Notes: generated by a model from the sequence alone, not told the origin. A stretch of DNA of 63,594 nt, filler included, from Octopus bimaculoides (GCF_001194135.2; 7 parts of 5 records of this genome joined end to end with filler, not necessarily neighbours in it), one strand, 5' to 3'; positions 1-12,150 are shown, counted from the whole stretch's first letter. Program-made: numbers and translations.

Positions 1-36
<36 letters not shown>
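1..36. repeat. (TA)n microsatellite
   Basis: Pure TA dinucleotide run at the window start. Confidence 0.95.
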
Positions 37-38
<2 letters not shown>

Positions 39-471
39 GCTATTTGGTATATATCTAAATGCACTAGGACTTATGTTTTGTATGTGTGTTACGTTATCTC
101 TAATTTTTACAGCTAATAAATGGATTTAGATGTCTTCATTTTCATTAGCAAGCGTTGTAACATTTTGGGTTAGCGTAATAAAAATATTATGAGTAGATTC
201 TGCTTCCTAATTATTAAAACACTAATCATGTTATAAAAACACCAAAGTTATTTCCTCACCTTTTATACACAATTAGTTGAATTACGCCATTACTATGAAT
301 ATTGATTACATATTACAAACACAAACTGTTCTAAGTAGTTCCATTTAATTGTACTACTTTTATATCACATTTAAGTGAAATAACTAAGCATTACACATTT
401 CAGGTTTTAGCACCCCAGATCACGTTATTTGCCACGTTTATTGATCGTGGATTAACTAAAGTAGTACATAC

Positions 472-580
472 TTATTTCCTTAACGTGTACGTTGTTCAAA
501 AATTTTGGATGTTTTGCTGCAGAAGCGTTTCCGTTACTGTTTATCCATGCATCACAGTCCATGCCACACGCAATCAACAT
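472..580 (-). CDS. Candidate internal coding exon (MLIACGMDCDAWINSNGNASAAKHPKFLNNVHVKEI), product unknown
   Basis: Minus strand: tttgtag acceptor, 109 nt open only in phase 0, gtatgt donor. No family recognised. Confidence 0.4.
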
Positions 581-789
581 CTACAAAATTTTAATCTTGG
601 GTACCCGTACTTTCGATAAAGGTACATTGACTATGTTGTCACGCGATATCATTGCGCCTAGTCTCTCACTATTGTGAAACAAACTGCTCAATATTTCAGT
701 ACAAATTGTACAACTCAACCACGCTTAAACTGTTGCGCATATCTAAGTGTATTTGAAATCAATACGTCTGATCATGGTTGAATTTATAT

Positions 790-801
790 AATGATAATAA
801 C

Positions 802-868
<67 letters not shown>
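790..868. repeat. (AAT)n microsatellite
   Basis: Long ATA/AAT run immediately 5' of the LINE fragment. Confidence 0.95.
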
Positions 869-899
869 TCAGCAGTGAAGTACCAACGAGGGAACTGAC

Positions 900-2307
900 T
901 TCGGCTTCATCTTTACCATAAAGGGTGGTGTGTTAGTCTTGAAGAGAGACAAAATCAAATATATGGACGCGCTAACGATACAGCGAGGGAGGTTATGAAG
1001 CAGATTGAAGAGACGGGTTATAAGTGCTTGGGAATTTTGGAAATGGATAGATTGATGGAGAAAGAAATGACAGAAACATTTTAAGGTGGAGTACTTGCGC
1101 AGACTGAGACTGGTCCTTAAATCGAAATTAAACGGACGGAATAAGATCGAAGCTATCAAGACCTTGGCGGATTCACTCCTTAGGTATGGAGCAGGGGTAA
1201 TAGCATGAACAGTAGAAAAACTAAACAGCTCAGACAGAAAGACAAGGAAGTTGCGAACTAGATGTGGGTCACTCCACCCAAAAATGACACAGACAGGCTA
1301 TATGTACCAAGAAAAAGAGTGGGAAGATGACTTATTGGATGCGAACACAGCATTAGAGCAGAAGAAAACAACATAGCATGGTATGTAAAAAATGCCACAG
1401 AACTTCTATTATTAGAAGTAATAAAAAAGAAGTAAGTCTTATATAGGATGAATGATTGTGAAGATAAAGCACTATATAACAAATTGAAAACGAATGAAAC
1501 TGAAAATGGGTGGGTAAAGAAAAGAATGCATGGTCAATTTCATAGAGATGTTGACGATAAGACAGGTAGAGAAAAAACAAGGCTGTGGATGACTAAAAGT
1601 GATTTAAAACCGGAAACGGAGGCTGTAATCTGTGCTGCCCAATAGCTACATGAAATACAGAATAGACAACACAGCTGAAAATGGTAAGTGCAGAATATGT
1701 GGACTAAACGGTGAAACCGTATGGCATATTACCAGTCAATGTACACCACTAGCCCAGAAGGAATATAACAGACGCCACGACAATATAGCCAGGCTTGTCC
1801 ATTGGACACTTTACCACAAGTATGGACTTGACAGAGCAAAAAATTGGTACGACTACAAACCTGAGGGCATCATCGAAAATAGATATGGAAAGCTCCTATA
1901 GGATTTTATGATTCAGTGCGACCATGAGATAGAGAATATGTAGCCAGACATAGATTTTATTGAGAAAGAAAAGAAACTATGCTGGATCATAGATATAGCA
2001 TGCCCAGCTGACAACAAGGTATGCAATAAGGAAGAATGAAAAGTTGGGAGATATGATAGGTTAGCTTGGAAAGTTAAGCAGTTGTGGTCGATGAAACAGG
2101 TAGCAGTAGTACCAATAATTGTCGGAGCCCTGGGAACAGTGAGCAAAAATCTCGAGAAATACGTGGAACAAATAGGAGATGCAATAAGGATGGAGCACTT
2201 TCAGAAAACAGCACTGCTTAGAACCGCTCGAATACTCCGGAAGGTTCTCGAAAAATAAGAAGTGTTACCTTATTTCATTGGTAGTGAACAGCTGAAACTG
2301 TGCAAAG
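900..2307 (+). mobile_element. 5'-truncated, decayed R4/Dong-like non-LTR retrotransposon (RLE type), copy 1
   Basis: Frameshifted translation gives DTDRLYVPRKR, KSDLKPETEAVICAAQ, CCHC knuckle CRICGLNGETVWHITSQC, RRHDNIARLVHW and the RLE segment PDIDFIEKEKKLCWIIDIACPADNK, ending TARILRKVLEK* plus a short 3' UTR. Confidence 0.9.
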
Positions 2308-2325
2308 ATAATAATAATAATAATG

Positions 2326-2404
<79 letters not shown>
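2308..2404. repeat. (ATA)n microsatellite between two LINE copies
   Basis: About 32 ATA units; the source of the poly-Asn in ORF 2262-2975. Confidence 0.95.
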
Positions 2405-2406
<2 letters not shown>

Positions 2407-3714
2407 TAGCTCCTACTCTGCGAAACTTTTTATCTGTAAGTATGAGATCATGGAGAACCACACTGACCTTGAACAATGACAATGAATCTCTAAATGCTGG
2501 AGATGTAAGAATTTCATGTGGCATTTTCCAGGGTGACTCACTATCACCACTCCTCTTCTGCCTAGCCTTAATACCTCTCTCAAAATTGCTCAATGATGCA
2601 CAGTATGGTTATNNNNNNNNNNNNNNNNNNNNNNNNNNNNNNNNNNNNNNNNNNNNNNNNNNNNNNNNNNNNNNNNNNNNNNNNNNNNNNNNNNNNNNNN
2701 NNNNNNNNNNNNNNNNNNNNNNNNNNNNNNNNNNNNNNNNNNNNNNNNNNNNNNNNNNNNNNNNNNNNNNNNNNNNNNNNNNNNNNNNNNNNNNNNNNNN
2801 NNNNNNNNNNNNNNNNNNNNNNNNNNAAGCATTCAGTGATGAGGGAAAGGATAAGAAGAGAATGTTATCGCAGGGTGAGAGCAATACTGAAGACAGAGCT
2901 GAACGCAAGAAACAGGATCGAAGCGATCAATGCTCTAGTCATAACAGTCGTGACTTACAGTTTCAATATCGTTAACTGGTCAATTACTGAAATATGTAAT
3001 GTTGAAAGAAAAATACGAAAACTGTTGACAATGCATAGAATGCACCACACTAAGGCAGGTATAGAACGTCTTTATCTGCCAAGAAAAGAGGGAGGCCGTG
3101 GACTTCTACAGCTGGCATTAACAATGAAGGTAGCCACAATTGACCTAGACACCTATCTGAAAACCTCTGAAGACTGGATGCTAAAACTTGTTTCAAAACA
3201 TGAAAGCAATTCCAATTACAACAGATTCAAGAATTAGACGAACTAGAAACAGAAAAAGCTAAGCGCTTGAAAACCCGTGCTAAAATTGCTGCCTTAGCTA
3301 TTATGACTGTTAAATGGCATGGAAAACCTCTAAATGGCAAATACCCAAAGAGTGCGAATAATGCAGATGTTGACAAAGCCCTTACCCATCAATGGCTAAT
3401 GACCTCTGGCTTGAAATTAGAAACATAGGGGTTTATCATAGCAGCCAAAGATCAGTGCCTACCTACAAAGAACTACCAGGCCAACATATTAAAGAACGGC
3501 AGCTCCCCATTATGTCGTATATGTCAACAACAAAATGAGACCATCGATCATGTCGTCTCCATGTGCAGTCTGCTTGCGACTACAGAGTATCTCAACAGGC
3601 ATGATAGAGCTGCACAATATATTCACTGGGTAATATGCAAAAACCTGGACTTGCCCCATGATAAAAACTGGTGGGAACACAAACCACCCCCAGTACTTGA
3701 AAATGATCACATTG
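2405..3714 (+). mobile_element. R4/Dong-like LINE fragment, copy 2 (RT, thumb, CCHC), with assembly gap
   Basis: GIFQGDSLSPLLFCLALIPLS (RT), IERLYLPRKEGGRGL, CRICQQQNETIDHVVSMC, NRHDRAAQYIHW. Truncated before the RLE. Confidence 0.9.
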
Positions 3715-4272
3715 CAAGACAATAAATATATCCGCGAAGTGCAAAGAGGAGAGTATATACTGAGAAAGAGAACTCCGTTATGCACATCAAAAGTTACTGT
3801 AGTTTCTTGACACATAGTAAATATAGACGCAGATACGACTGCGTGACCAAGGCACTACACTGGGACATATTACGGCAAAAATGATTTAAAGCAAGAAGAA
3901 AATGGTATCAACATCGACCATGATATCATCTTCTGAGATTTTAATGTACAGGCTAATCACGAACTTTATGCAAGGCGAACAGATATTATCGTTCTGGACA
4001 AGGGTGAGAAAGAGTGCATCATCAGAAATGTGGCTATATCTGCAGGGATGAATGTCGTGATAAAAGAACAGAACAAAATAAGAAAAGAACAGACTTTGGT
4101 TAGGGAAACACGAAGACTGAAGAATTTCTACAAATTTAATCCTAATTAACATAGGTGTCATAGGTACAGTCACCAACAGACTTCATATTTCCCTTATTAA
4201 GATAAATGCAACTGTTACAGCAAGCTACATTGCGAACATTAAGGATTGTTAGAAAGGTGCTCCATTTCTAAG
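3715..4272 (+). mobile_element. Highly decayed RLE-type LINE C-terminal fragment, copy 3
   Basis: RRRYDCVTKALHWDILRQK, WYQHRP, RRTDIIVLDKGEKECII, IGVIGTV, LRIVRKVL: zinc-knuckle/RHD/RLE region of a different subfamily. Confidence 0.75.
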
Positions 4273-4929
4273 AAAACTGAATGAGAAGCAGTATCAAGAA
4301 TATCGATTCCGAATGTCAAACATTCATGCACACCATTTCAATCTTGTTTACGTCACTTCACTCTTGTTGTTACCGTCGTTCTTGAATTTGCGTTTATCAA
4401 CATCTTGCCTATTATCCCACTCTCACGTGGACCTTCCACATCCTTCCGACGATTGCTTAGAGTATACAGTTCGTAGATCACCTTTGCACTTGGATTACGT
4501 TACACCATTTAAAGTCCTGTAGATTACATCAATTTTTATCATTGATTATATTTGTGGGGTGGGTGTCGGTGTGGTTGCATCTAAATACGTATTCATTTTA
4601 TGTGCTAACCACGGAAAAATACTGACCCAGAGATCAAATCTTATTGAACACCATTTCCTGTTTAACTAGTTGTAAATTTTGATATTCGACGATCGTTTGA
4701 GGTGAACGTGTAACGTGAGCGTCTCTCAAAGTATCAATTGTACTCTTTTCTGTCTCAGGCATATTTGGGCTTTTTCTTATATCTATAACATATAGTCGGT
4801 CAATCTTTACTATGTAATGGCCAAACTATTACACAAGTACATATTATGGATGAATGACGCCCCCTCTCAAGATCTTGAATCATTTTGGTTGAAAATCTAG
4901 GACAAAAAGATGTGTCTGAACCTCACAAT

Positions 4930-6090
4930 TCGTCGTGACTAAATGCAGTAAACAGAGAATATCGTACAAGCGTCAACAGTAAAAGATATGCAATTGACCC
5001 GGAAGCTTTCACCATAGCTGTAGGTATACTGCAAAATGGGAAGTCACTTGGAAGGGGTCCAATAGTTGAATACTCGTATAAAAGGCTGACATTTTACAAG
5101 AAACCACGAATAAATATATAAGTATATGGAAGATTAGATTGACATACTTAATTGGCTTGCTATAGCACGGACGAATCTTGTGTCCAAGAAAGAAATGACC
5201 GAGTTTTCTGAAAACTATAGGGCCATAAATTCCCTAAACATTATTTACAAGCTGTATACAAGCTGTTTGAAACAATTCCTGCAGGACCACTGTTGTTCTG
5301 GAGGAATGGGTATGCTTCTCGAAAACGTGAAGAAGATAGTATCATTGACATGAAGCGATGCTTCTCTTGAACTCCTGAGCGCTACATCACACTTCGAAGG
5401 TTATGCATTTGCAATCCAAGGACAAGAGATTGCTACTAAATTACTAATCCACAAAAGAGACAGTGAAATGCATTGGAGTTCAAAGATGCAACCGCAAATA
5501 TAGATTATGATATATTTCTGCGGACGATGTCACACATATAATTAGCGACTGCCTAAAAATGTCATCTAGGTACGACCTCCCTATGTGACATAACGTTGTC
5601 GCAAAAAAACAATACACAATGTCAATCCGAAAAAAGACTGTCCTGGAATAAATATAGAAAACCTCTTGTTATTGAATACGTTTACAAATATCAGCACAAA
5701 GAATACTAGCGGAACATTCTCATCAAAACATTTATCAAATGTAAGCATAACAGGATGGATATTGTTGTTTGGGACAGACAAGAAAGAAGTATGCGCCGTC
5801 ACAGAAGTCAGCTATCCTGCTAATGTGAATATAGCTTTGAAAATCAATGAGAAAGAAAATAACTATGAACGACTGCTTGGAAACCTCCAGAGTTCGATGT
5901 CCAGATTACAAATTTACATTTCTACCAATAATAACTGGAGCACTTGGTTTTGTAAGTAAGTAGTTAACTATCAGTGAGGATCAGCTTGAATTTTCAGCAA
6001 AAGAAATCAACTAACTGTTTCGCACATTATAAATACAATCTGTAATTGGAACAATAAAACTATACAAGATTATTCTCGGGGTTAAAACGT
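4930..6090 (+). mobile_element. Internally deleted RLE-type LINE, copy 4
   Basis: RT N-terminal motif WLAIARTNLVSKK...NYRAINSLNIIYKLYTSCL; later THIISDCLKMSSRY, DIVVWD, ANVNIALKINEKENNYERL, PIITGALGFV. Confidence 0.75.
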
Positions 6091-6239
6091 GTCATTATTT
6101 TCGTTTCTACATTCCACAGATGGAACTTTATATCCTTGTTAGAAACCAGTTCCTTCTTCAGAGGAAACGTTTATATATTTAAAAAACAGAAGAGACACAC
6201 ACATACATACATGCATACAATTCATACATACATACTTAG

Positions 6240-6562
6240 TGAAGGTGCGTGACGTAATGGTTAGGGTTGTCGGGTCGCGAGCGTAAAGTCATGCGTTCAA
6301 GTCCCGCCGACGCGTTGTGTCCATGAGCATGACACTTTATTTCGTGTTACTCCAGTCCACTCAGCTGGCAAAAATTAGTAGTACGTGTATTTCGATGAGC
6401 CAGCCTTGTCACACTCTGTGTCACGCTGAATATCCCTGAGAGCTACGTTAAGGGTACTCGTGTCTGTGGAGTGCTCAGCTACTTGCACATTAATTTCACG
6501 AGCTTGATGTTCCGTTGATCGTATCAGCTGGGACCCTCGTTGTCGTAACCAACGGAGTGCTA
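6240..6562 (+). mobile_element. tRNA-derived SINE, family B
   Basis: A/B-box-like head, central ctccagtccactcagctg domain, 3' body shared with 32236-32625 and 17520-17840. Confidence 0.8.
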
Positions 6563-6610
6563 CTACTACATACTTACATAAAATTCATACATAGATATAT
6601 ACATACATAT

Positions 6611-6985
6611 AGGCGCAGGAGTGGCTGTGTGGTAAGTAGTTTGCTTACCAACCACATGGTTCCGGGTTCAGGCCCACTGCATGGCACCTTAGGCAACTGT
6701 CTTCTACTATAGCCTTGTGCCGACTAAAGCCCTGAGAGTGGATTTGGTATACGGAAACTGTAAAGAGACCCATCGTATATATGTATATATGTATGTGTGT
6801 ATATGTTTGGGTGGCTGTGTTTATCCAAGCAACGTCACTTGACGACCGATGGTAGTGTGTTTACGTAACTTAGCGATTCGGTCTAAGTGCCCGATAGAAT
6901 GTGGTCGATTTGCTCGACTAAAGGCGGTGCTCTAGCATAGCCGCAGTCAAATGACTGAAATAAGTAAAAGAGTAAAAGAGATACA
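6611..6985 (+). mobile_element. tRNA-derived SINE, family A (full length)
   Basis: Head ggcgcaggagtggctgtgtgg...ggttccgggttcag, CORE-like ccttaggcaactgtcttc, internal TA/TG microsatellite, tail gactgaaataagtaaaagag. More than 15 copies in the window. Confidence 0.9.
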
Positions 6986-7118
6986 TACATACGTATATAT
7001 ATATATGTATATATATATNNNNNNNNNNNNNNNNNNNNNNNNNNNNNNNNNNNNNNNNNNNNTTAATTAATTAANNNNNNNNNNNNNNNNNNNNNNNNNN
7101 NNNNNNNNNNNNNNNNNN

Positions 7119-7325
7119 GGCCGTTTTCGTGCGGGTGACACGTAAAAGCACCCACTACACTCTCTGAGTGGTTGGCGTTAGGAAGGGCATCCAGCTGTAG
7201 AAACTCTGCCAAATCAGACTGGAGCCTGGTGTTGCCATCCGGTTTCACCAGTCCTCAGTCAAATCGTCCAACCCATGCTAGCATGGAAAGCGGACGTTAA
7301 ACGATGATGATGATGATGATGATGA
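7119..7325 (+). mobile_element. RTE-type 3' tail element ending in (GAT)n
   Basis: aggaagggcatccagc...ccatgctagcatggaaagcggacgttaaacg(atg)n; the same tail follows an RTE ORF end at 21880-22285. Confidence 0.8.
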
Positions 7326-8830
7326 TAAGATAAGAAAACAAATGATTTATACTTGGTAGCTTACTGGTAAAGCATGATATCTTTCACAGTTTTTGTTATG
7401 TATATAGTAAATGAAAGATGGAAGATATGGGAATTTTTATTAATCATTATAATTGTTTTGATACATCTAGAATCGATCCGTCATGGTTGGAATACTTAAC
7501 AACTGGTTCAGGAGCAGATGTGTCTCTTCAGGTGACAAATAGATATAACTTGTTAAAATAACAGTTCCGTATTGTATCTTCTCATTTCATGTAAAGGAAA
7601 GCAGCAAAACAAAGCATTTATCTTTATTTATATAGAAGATCAAAAATAACAGATGCATTAAAGGAAGGAACAACATGCAATACAAGTTTAAGAAATATGA
7701 CCTGGGGGTCAATCTGTTCGACTAAAACCGTTCAAGACAGTGCTCCAGCATGGCTATAGTCAAATGATTCAAACCTGTAAAAGAATAAAAGGATAAAAGA
7801 ATACCTATATGCATGCATGCATGTATGCATACCTATTTGCAGATCTTTATATATTATGTCTACATTACACACACAAACATACAAGCATATACCCATTCAT
7901 ATATATGTGCATGTATGTATGTGTGTGTGTGAGTGTGTGTGTGTGTGTGTGTGAGTGTGTGTGTGTGTGTGTACAGCTTCATTTTTCAATGTATCATTTT
8001 CTGATTAGAAAGGGTAGGGGATGTTTTAGTTGTTATCACAAGCAGGATGACTGACCAGTCATTAAACATTTTTCTTTTGCTATGCAAAAAATATGTTGTA
8101 CAAACTGTGAATATGCAAGCATGAATATTTACCAATAAAAAATTTATGAAATATTTATTGAATTTATTTATAAGAAATAAATTCCATATAACAGTGAAAT
8201 ATGAAACAAAAAAAAAATTTAAGTAAAATTATATAAAAGTTCATATAAAGAAGATCAAAACAAATAGTGAAAAATGGAAGAAATTTAATTTGTTTGCTTT
8301 GCTTTACAATGAGGTTTCTATATATGAATGTTGTCTGTTCCCGGCCTCTGTTTGTTAACCAAATTCTTCATTGCATGAGTCAGTAAAATGTATATAAAAA
8401 TAAGGGTAAATCTATTCTACCTCACACCCAAACACTACATATTGACATGAAATGATGTTTTATTTCTCCTTGTATCAAAAGCAAATGCATTAATATATAT
8501 ATGTATATATGAGTATATATCCATCCATCCATCCAGCCAGCCAGCCAGCCAACCAGCCATCCATCCATCCATCCAGCCAGCCAGCCAGTCATCTAAATAC
8601 ATATATATATATCGTCTGCAGCTTTATCTTGTATCTGAGTATTTATTTTCTTCTTTGCTGAACCCTTCTTTAATGGTGATGACATGACGACTCTGTAAAC
8701 CAATTCTTGTATAGAAAAGTCGATGGCATTGACTGCCACCAGTTGGTATGATCCCAAGCTTGTGCTTCAAATAATTTAAGCTCAGTTCCAGTGACTTTTA
8801 GTGTTGCTTTGATTTGGTCCTTATATATAT

Positions 8831-9238
8831 AGGCGTAGGAGTGGCTGTGTGGTAAGTAGCTTGCTTACAAACCGCATGGTTCCGGGTTCAGTCCTACCAT
8901 GTGGCACCTTGAGTAAGTGTCTTCTACTATAGACTCGGGCCGACCAAAACCTTGTGAGTGAATTTGGTACATGGAAACTGAAAGAAGCCCGTCGTATGTA
9001 TGTATATATATATGTATGTGTGTATATGTTTGTGTGTCTGTGTTTGTCCCCCCAACGACGCTTGACAACTGATGCTGGTGTGTTTATGTCCCCGTAACTT
9101 AGCAGTTCGGCAAAAGATACCAATAGAATAAGTACTAGGCTTACAAAGAATAAGTCCTGGGGTCAATTTGCTCAACTAAAGGCGGTGTTCCAGCATGGCC
9201 GCAGTCAAATGACTGAAACAAGTAAAAGAGTAAAAAAG
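8831..9238 (+). mobile_element. SINE family A, full length
   Basis: Near-consensus match to the other family A copies from head to taaaagag tail. Confidence 0.9.
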
Positions 9239-9276
9239 TATACATACATACATAATATATATATATATACACATAC

Positions 9277-9393
9277 ATATTACAGACATATAAGAAGGAT
9301 GACCACTAAGTAGACATCCCTTTTGCTAGAAGAAGACCAGCTAGCAAAAGGGATGTCCACTTAGTGGTCATCCCTCTTATATGTTTGTAATAT
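9277..9393. repeat. Long inverted repeat (about 53 bp arms, 11 nt loop)
   Basis: Left arm atattacagacatataagaaggatgaccactaagtagacatcccttttgctag is reverse-complemented at 9341-9393 with a few mismatches. Confidence 0.9.
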
Positions 9394-9758
9394 AATTTTT
9401 TCTGAATCTTCAGATTTTTTAATTTGCTAGGCTACTGGTTTTTAATTGATATTAATCCAATTAATATTCAATTTGTCACCCTTGTTATTTAAATATATAC
9501 ATACATATATATGTATGTTTATGTGAGGGTGGGTGTATACGGTATATATGGGCATTTAAGATGTTCTTTTTTATTGTTAAATGTAACAAAAAGTTGGCCT
9601 GCATCAAATGTAACCATATATGGATATATGGATACCAAGCTTGTGAGTATACGAAGAAATGTATTAAATTTTGTTATTTCTGCAAAATATATTTGTATTG
9701 ATGTGTCTGATGTGAGAGTGCATTGTATATGCTGGCAAATACAATATACACATATATG

Positions 9759-9797
<39 letters not shown>

Positions 9798-10320
9798 CAT
9801 ACATGTATGTGAGTGTGTATGTACATGTGTTATCCCTTTGTCTTGCTTCAGTCAATCTAGGATTATGATTTTAGCCAAAAATTATGAGAAATATAATTTT
9901 GTATATAAAATATGAAAATTTGCAAGCTGCATGAAATGTGTTCATGGACATTAACAAACCATTTATATATGCTCTCCCCATCCACTCTTATGTATGCTTA
10001 ATCTACTTATGGTTTGTTCAAATTTCATATTGTTTAGCGAATGGGCTCCCAGTCACTTACATGTGAGTATGTAGTCTACTTGTTTTTATCGGTCAAATTT
10101 CAGCTTGTTATTTGAGTCTAACTTTCTTCAGAAAGATGTTCATTATTTAGTTTGTTCATGTAGAAAACTGATTATATACGAATACCCCACAGTACATACA
10201 CAACATTTCCTAAATTTGTTTAAGATTATAATTGTGCTAGCAAATATTCTTTTGAGAGTGTCAGTTAAACCAGTAATTGGAAATAACAAAGAAGGGAATC
10301 TAAATTTAAGGATAAAGATG

Positions 10321-10405
<85 letters not shown>

Positions 10406-10503
10406 GCATATATGGGTACAAGACATCACCAAACCTTCAAATAACAGCAAATATATATATAAATATATATATATATATGTATGTATATATATAAATACAG
10501 GTA

Positions 10504-11190
10504 CAGGGTGCGATGAGTAAATTGTCACCATTTTATATTTTTAATTTCACGCATGCATATTGTTTGTTGTTAATTTTGTTGACTATACAGTATAGTAGGG
10601 TTAGTTGGGCACTGTCTGAGAAAAAAACAGCACCATAATGCAATTCACTCTGCTAGGAATTTGGAAATGACATGCTGTACTGCTTGACATTTGTGCTGGA
10701 AGCTCCAATACGAACATTTCAGAGTGTTTGGGTGTCAATTTAAGGGCAATGCAATCTGAGGACATGTACCAAGAAAAATCAAAATCAAATATCCAGCCAA
10801 CACCATAGTGTTTGGAGTGATCACTAGTGATGGTGACATTATGCTTCCATTCATCTTCCTACACAGTTTCAGGCTCAATACAGAGGCCTACATCAAGTGC
10901 CTGGAGGAGGTAATGCTGCTCTGGGTCAAGTGGGTGACTGCTGGAACACCCTATGTCTGGGAACAGTACTCTGCATCATGCCACACAAGCAGAAGGACTC
11001 AGTCATGTCTGTCAGACAATTTCTTTGACCACATCACCTCTAACATCTGGCCACCTAACTCCCCAGACTTGCAACCCCCTTGATTATTATGTGTGGGGTG
11101 CAGTTGAGCAAGAGACCAACAAAACTCCTTGTAACACCAAAGATGGACTGAAGGCAAGGATTATGGCAGCATTCACCAATTTAAACAATT
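10504..11190 (+). mobile_element. Tc1/mariner DD37D (maT-like) transposon relic
   Basis: TA|CAGGGTG left end. Transposase C-terminus VFGVITSDG...EQ(Y)SASCH...WPPNSPD/CNPLDYYVWG: 37 residues between the mutated second Asp position and the third Asp; one +1 frameshift. Confidence 0.85.
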
Positions 11191-11559
11191 TCTGCCTTGT
11201 AATAAAGTTATGTGTCTGCATGTGTCTGAGTTTTTAAACAGGATAATGTACTCACAACAGAAGCAGAATACAAATGTGTTTGGTAGAACTAAGAGTATTC
11301 AGTCCTTACACAAAGGTTATTTACCACTGCTCATGTAACCAAATTACAACAGACAGAACATATATAGCTCTAAGTAAATAATTGATGGCTGCTCAGTTAC
11401 TCGATAAAGAAAAAAACGGTGATTCAAACACATTTTAAAATAATGAGACAGCAGTGTGAGAGGATGTGTGTATATGTATCCATATATGGATGTGTGCATC
11501 AAAAGACGGACGATTTACGTATATGTATGTGTATGTCTGTGTCTGTCTATGTGTCCATC

Positions 11560-11573
11560 TATCTATCTATCTA

Positions 11574-11652
<79 letters not shown>

Positions 11653-11693
11653 GTCTGTCTAGCTGTCTGTCGGTTTATATATCTGTCTGCCTC

Positions 11694-11742
<49 letters not shown>

Positions 11743-11783
11743 ATCTATCTATCTATCCATCTATCTATTTGTCTGTCCGTCCA

Positions 11784-11836
<53 letters not shown>

Positions 11837-11870
11837 GTGTGTGTGTATGTGTGTATGAGTGTGTGTGTCA
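11560..11870. repeat. Compound microsatellite (ATCT, CT, AT, GTCT, GT)
   Basis: Successive simple-repeat blocks. Confidence 0.9.
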
Positions 11871-11874
11871 TATG

Positions 11875-12150
11875 ATCACATGATCGACCAGGCTATCAAA
11901 TGTTGTTATACATCACTGGTCACAATGCGCTTTGCATCATTTTAACCTTCAAATGATGCCACTTCACAGGCTGGCTGAGCAGGCCAACATTCACCCCAAT
12001 CGGCAGGTTATTCTGTCACAGGGTTACCCATTTATAGATGAGTGAAATGAAGTGTTTTTGTTCAAGAACATAACATGCTGCCTGGTCTGAGAATCAAATG
12101 CACAATCTAGCAGCCATGAGTGCAACCCACTAACTACCGGGCCACATGCC
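11875..12150 (-). mobile_element. Decayed tRNA-derived SINE (central domain related to family B)
   Basis: Minus-strand head ggcatgtggcccggtagttagtggg...tttgattctcagacc followed by gttcttgaacaaaaacacttcatttcactc. Confidence 0.6.

Noticed and set aside
2262-2975. 237 aa ORF with poly-Asn and an RT motif
   Set aside because: A chance fusion of a LINE 3' UTR, an AAT microsatellite, a second LINE fragment and a gap.
7063-7074. TTAATTAATTAA islands between N runs (also near 22428, 29404, 43505, 56078, 59883)
   Set aside because: An identical 12-mer with stops in all six frames, always flanked by Ns: an assembly gap spacer, not biology.
8610-8820. Protein-like minus-strand frames (DQIKATLKVTGTELKLFEAQ / GSYQLVAVNAIDFSIQELVYRV)
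   Set aside because: Needs a frameshift, lacks splice sites and is cut by a SINE; no family recognised.
9519-10330. Alternative exon models on both strands (gtgagt donors near 9648 and 10072; open minus-strand frames)
   Set aside because: Phases do not join consistently and both strands give equally weak models.
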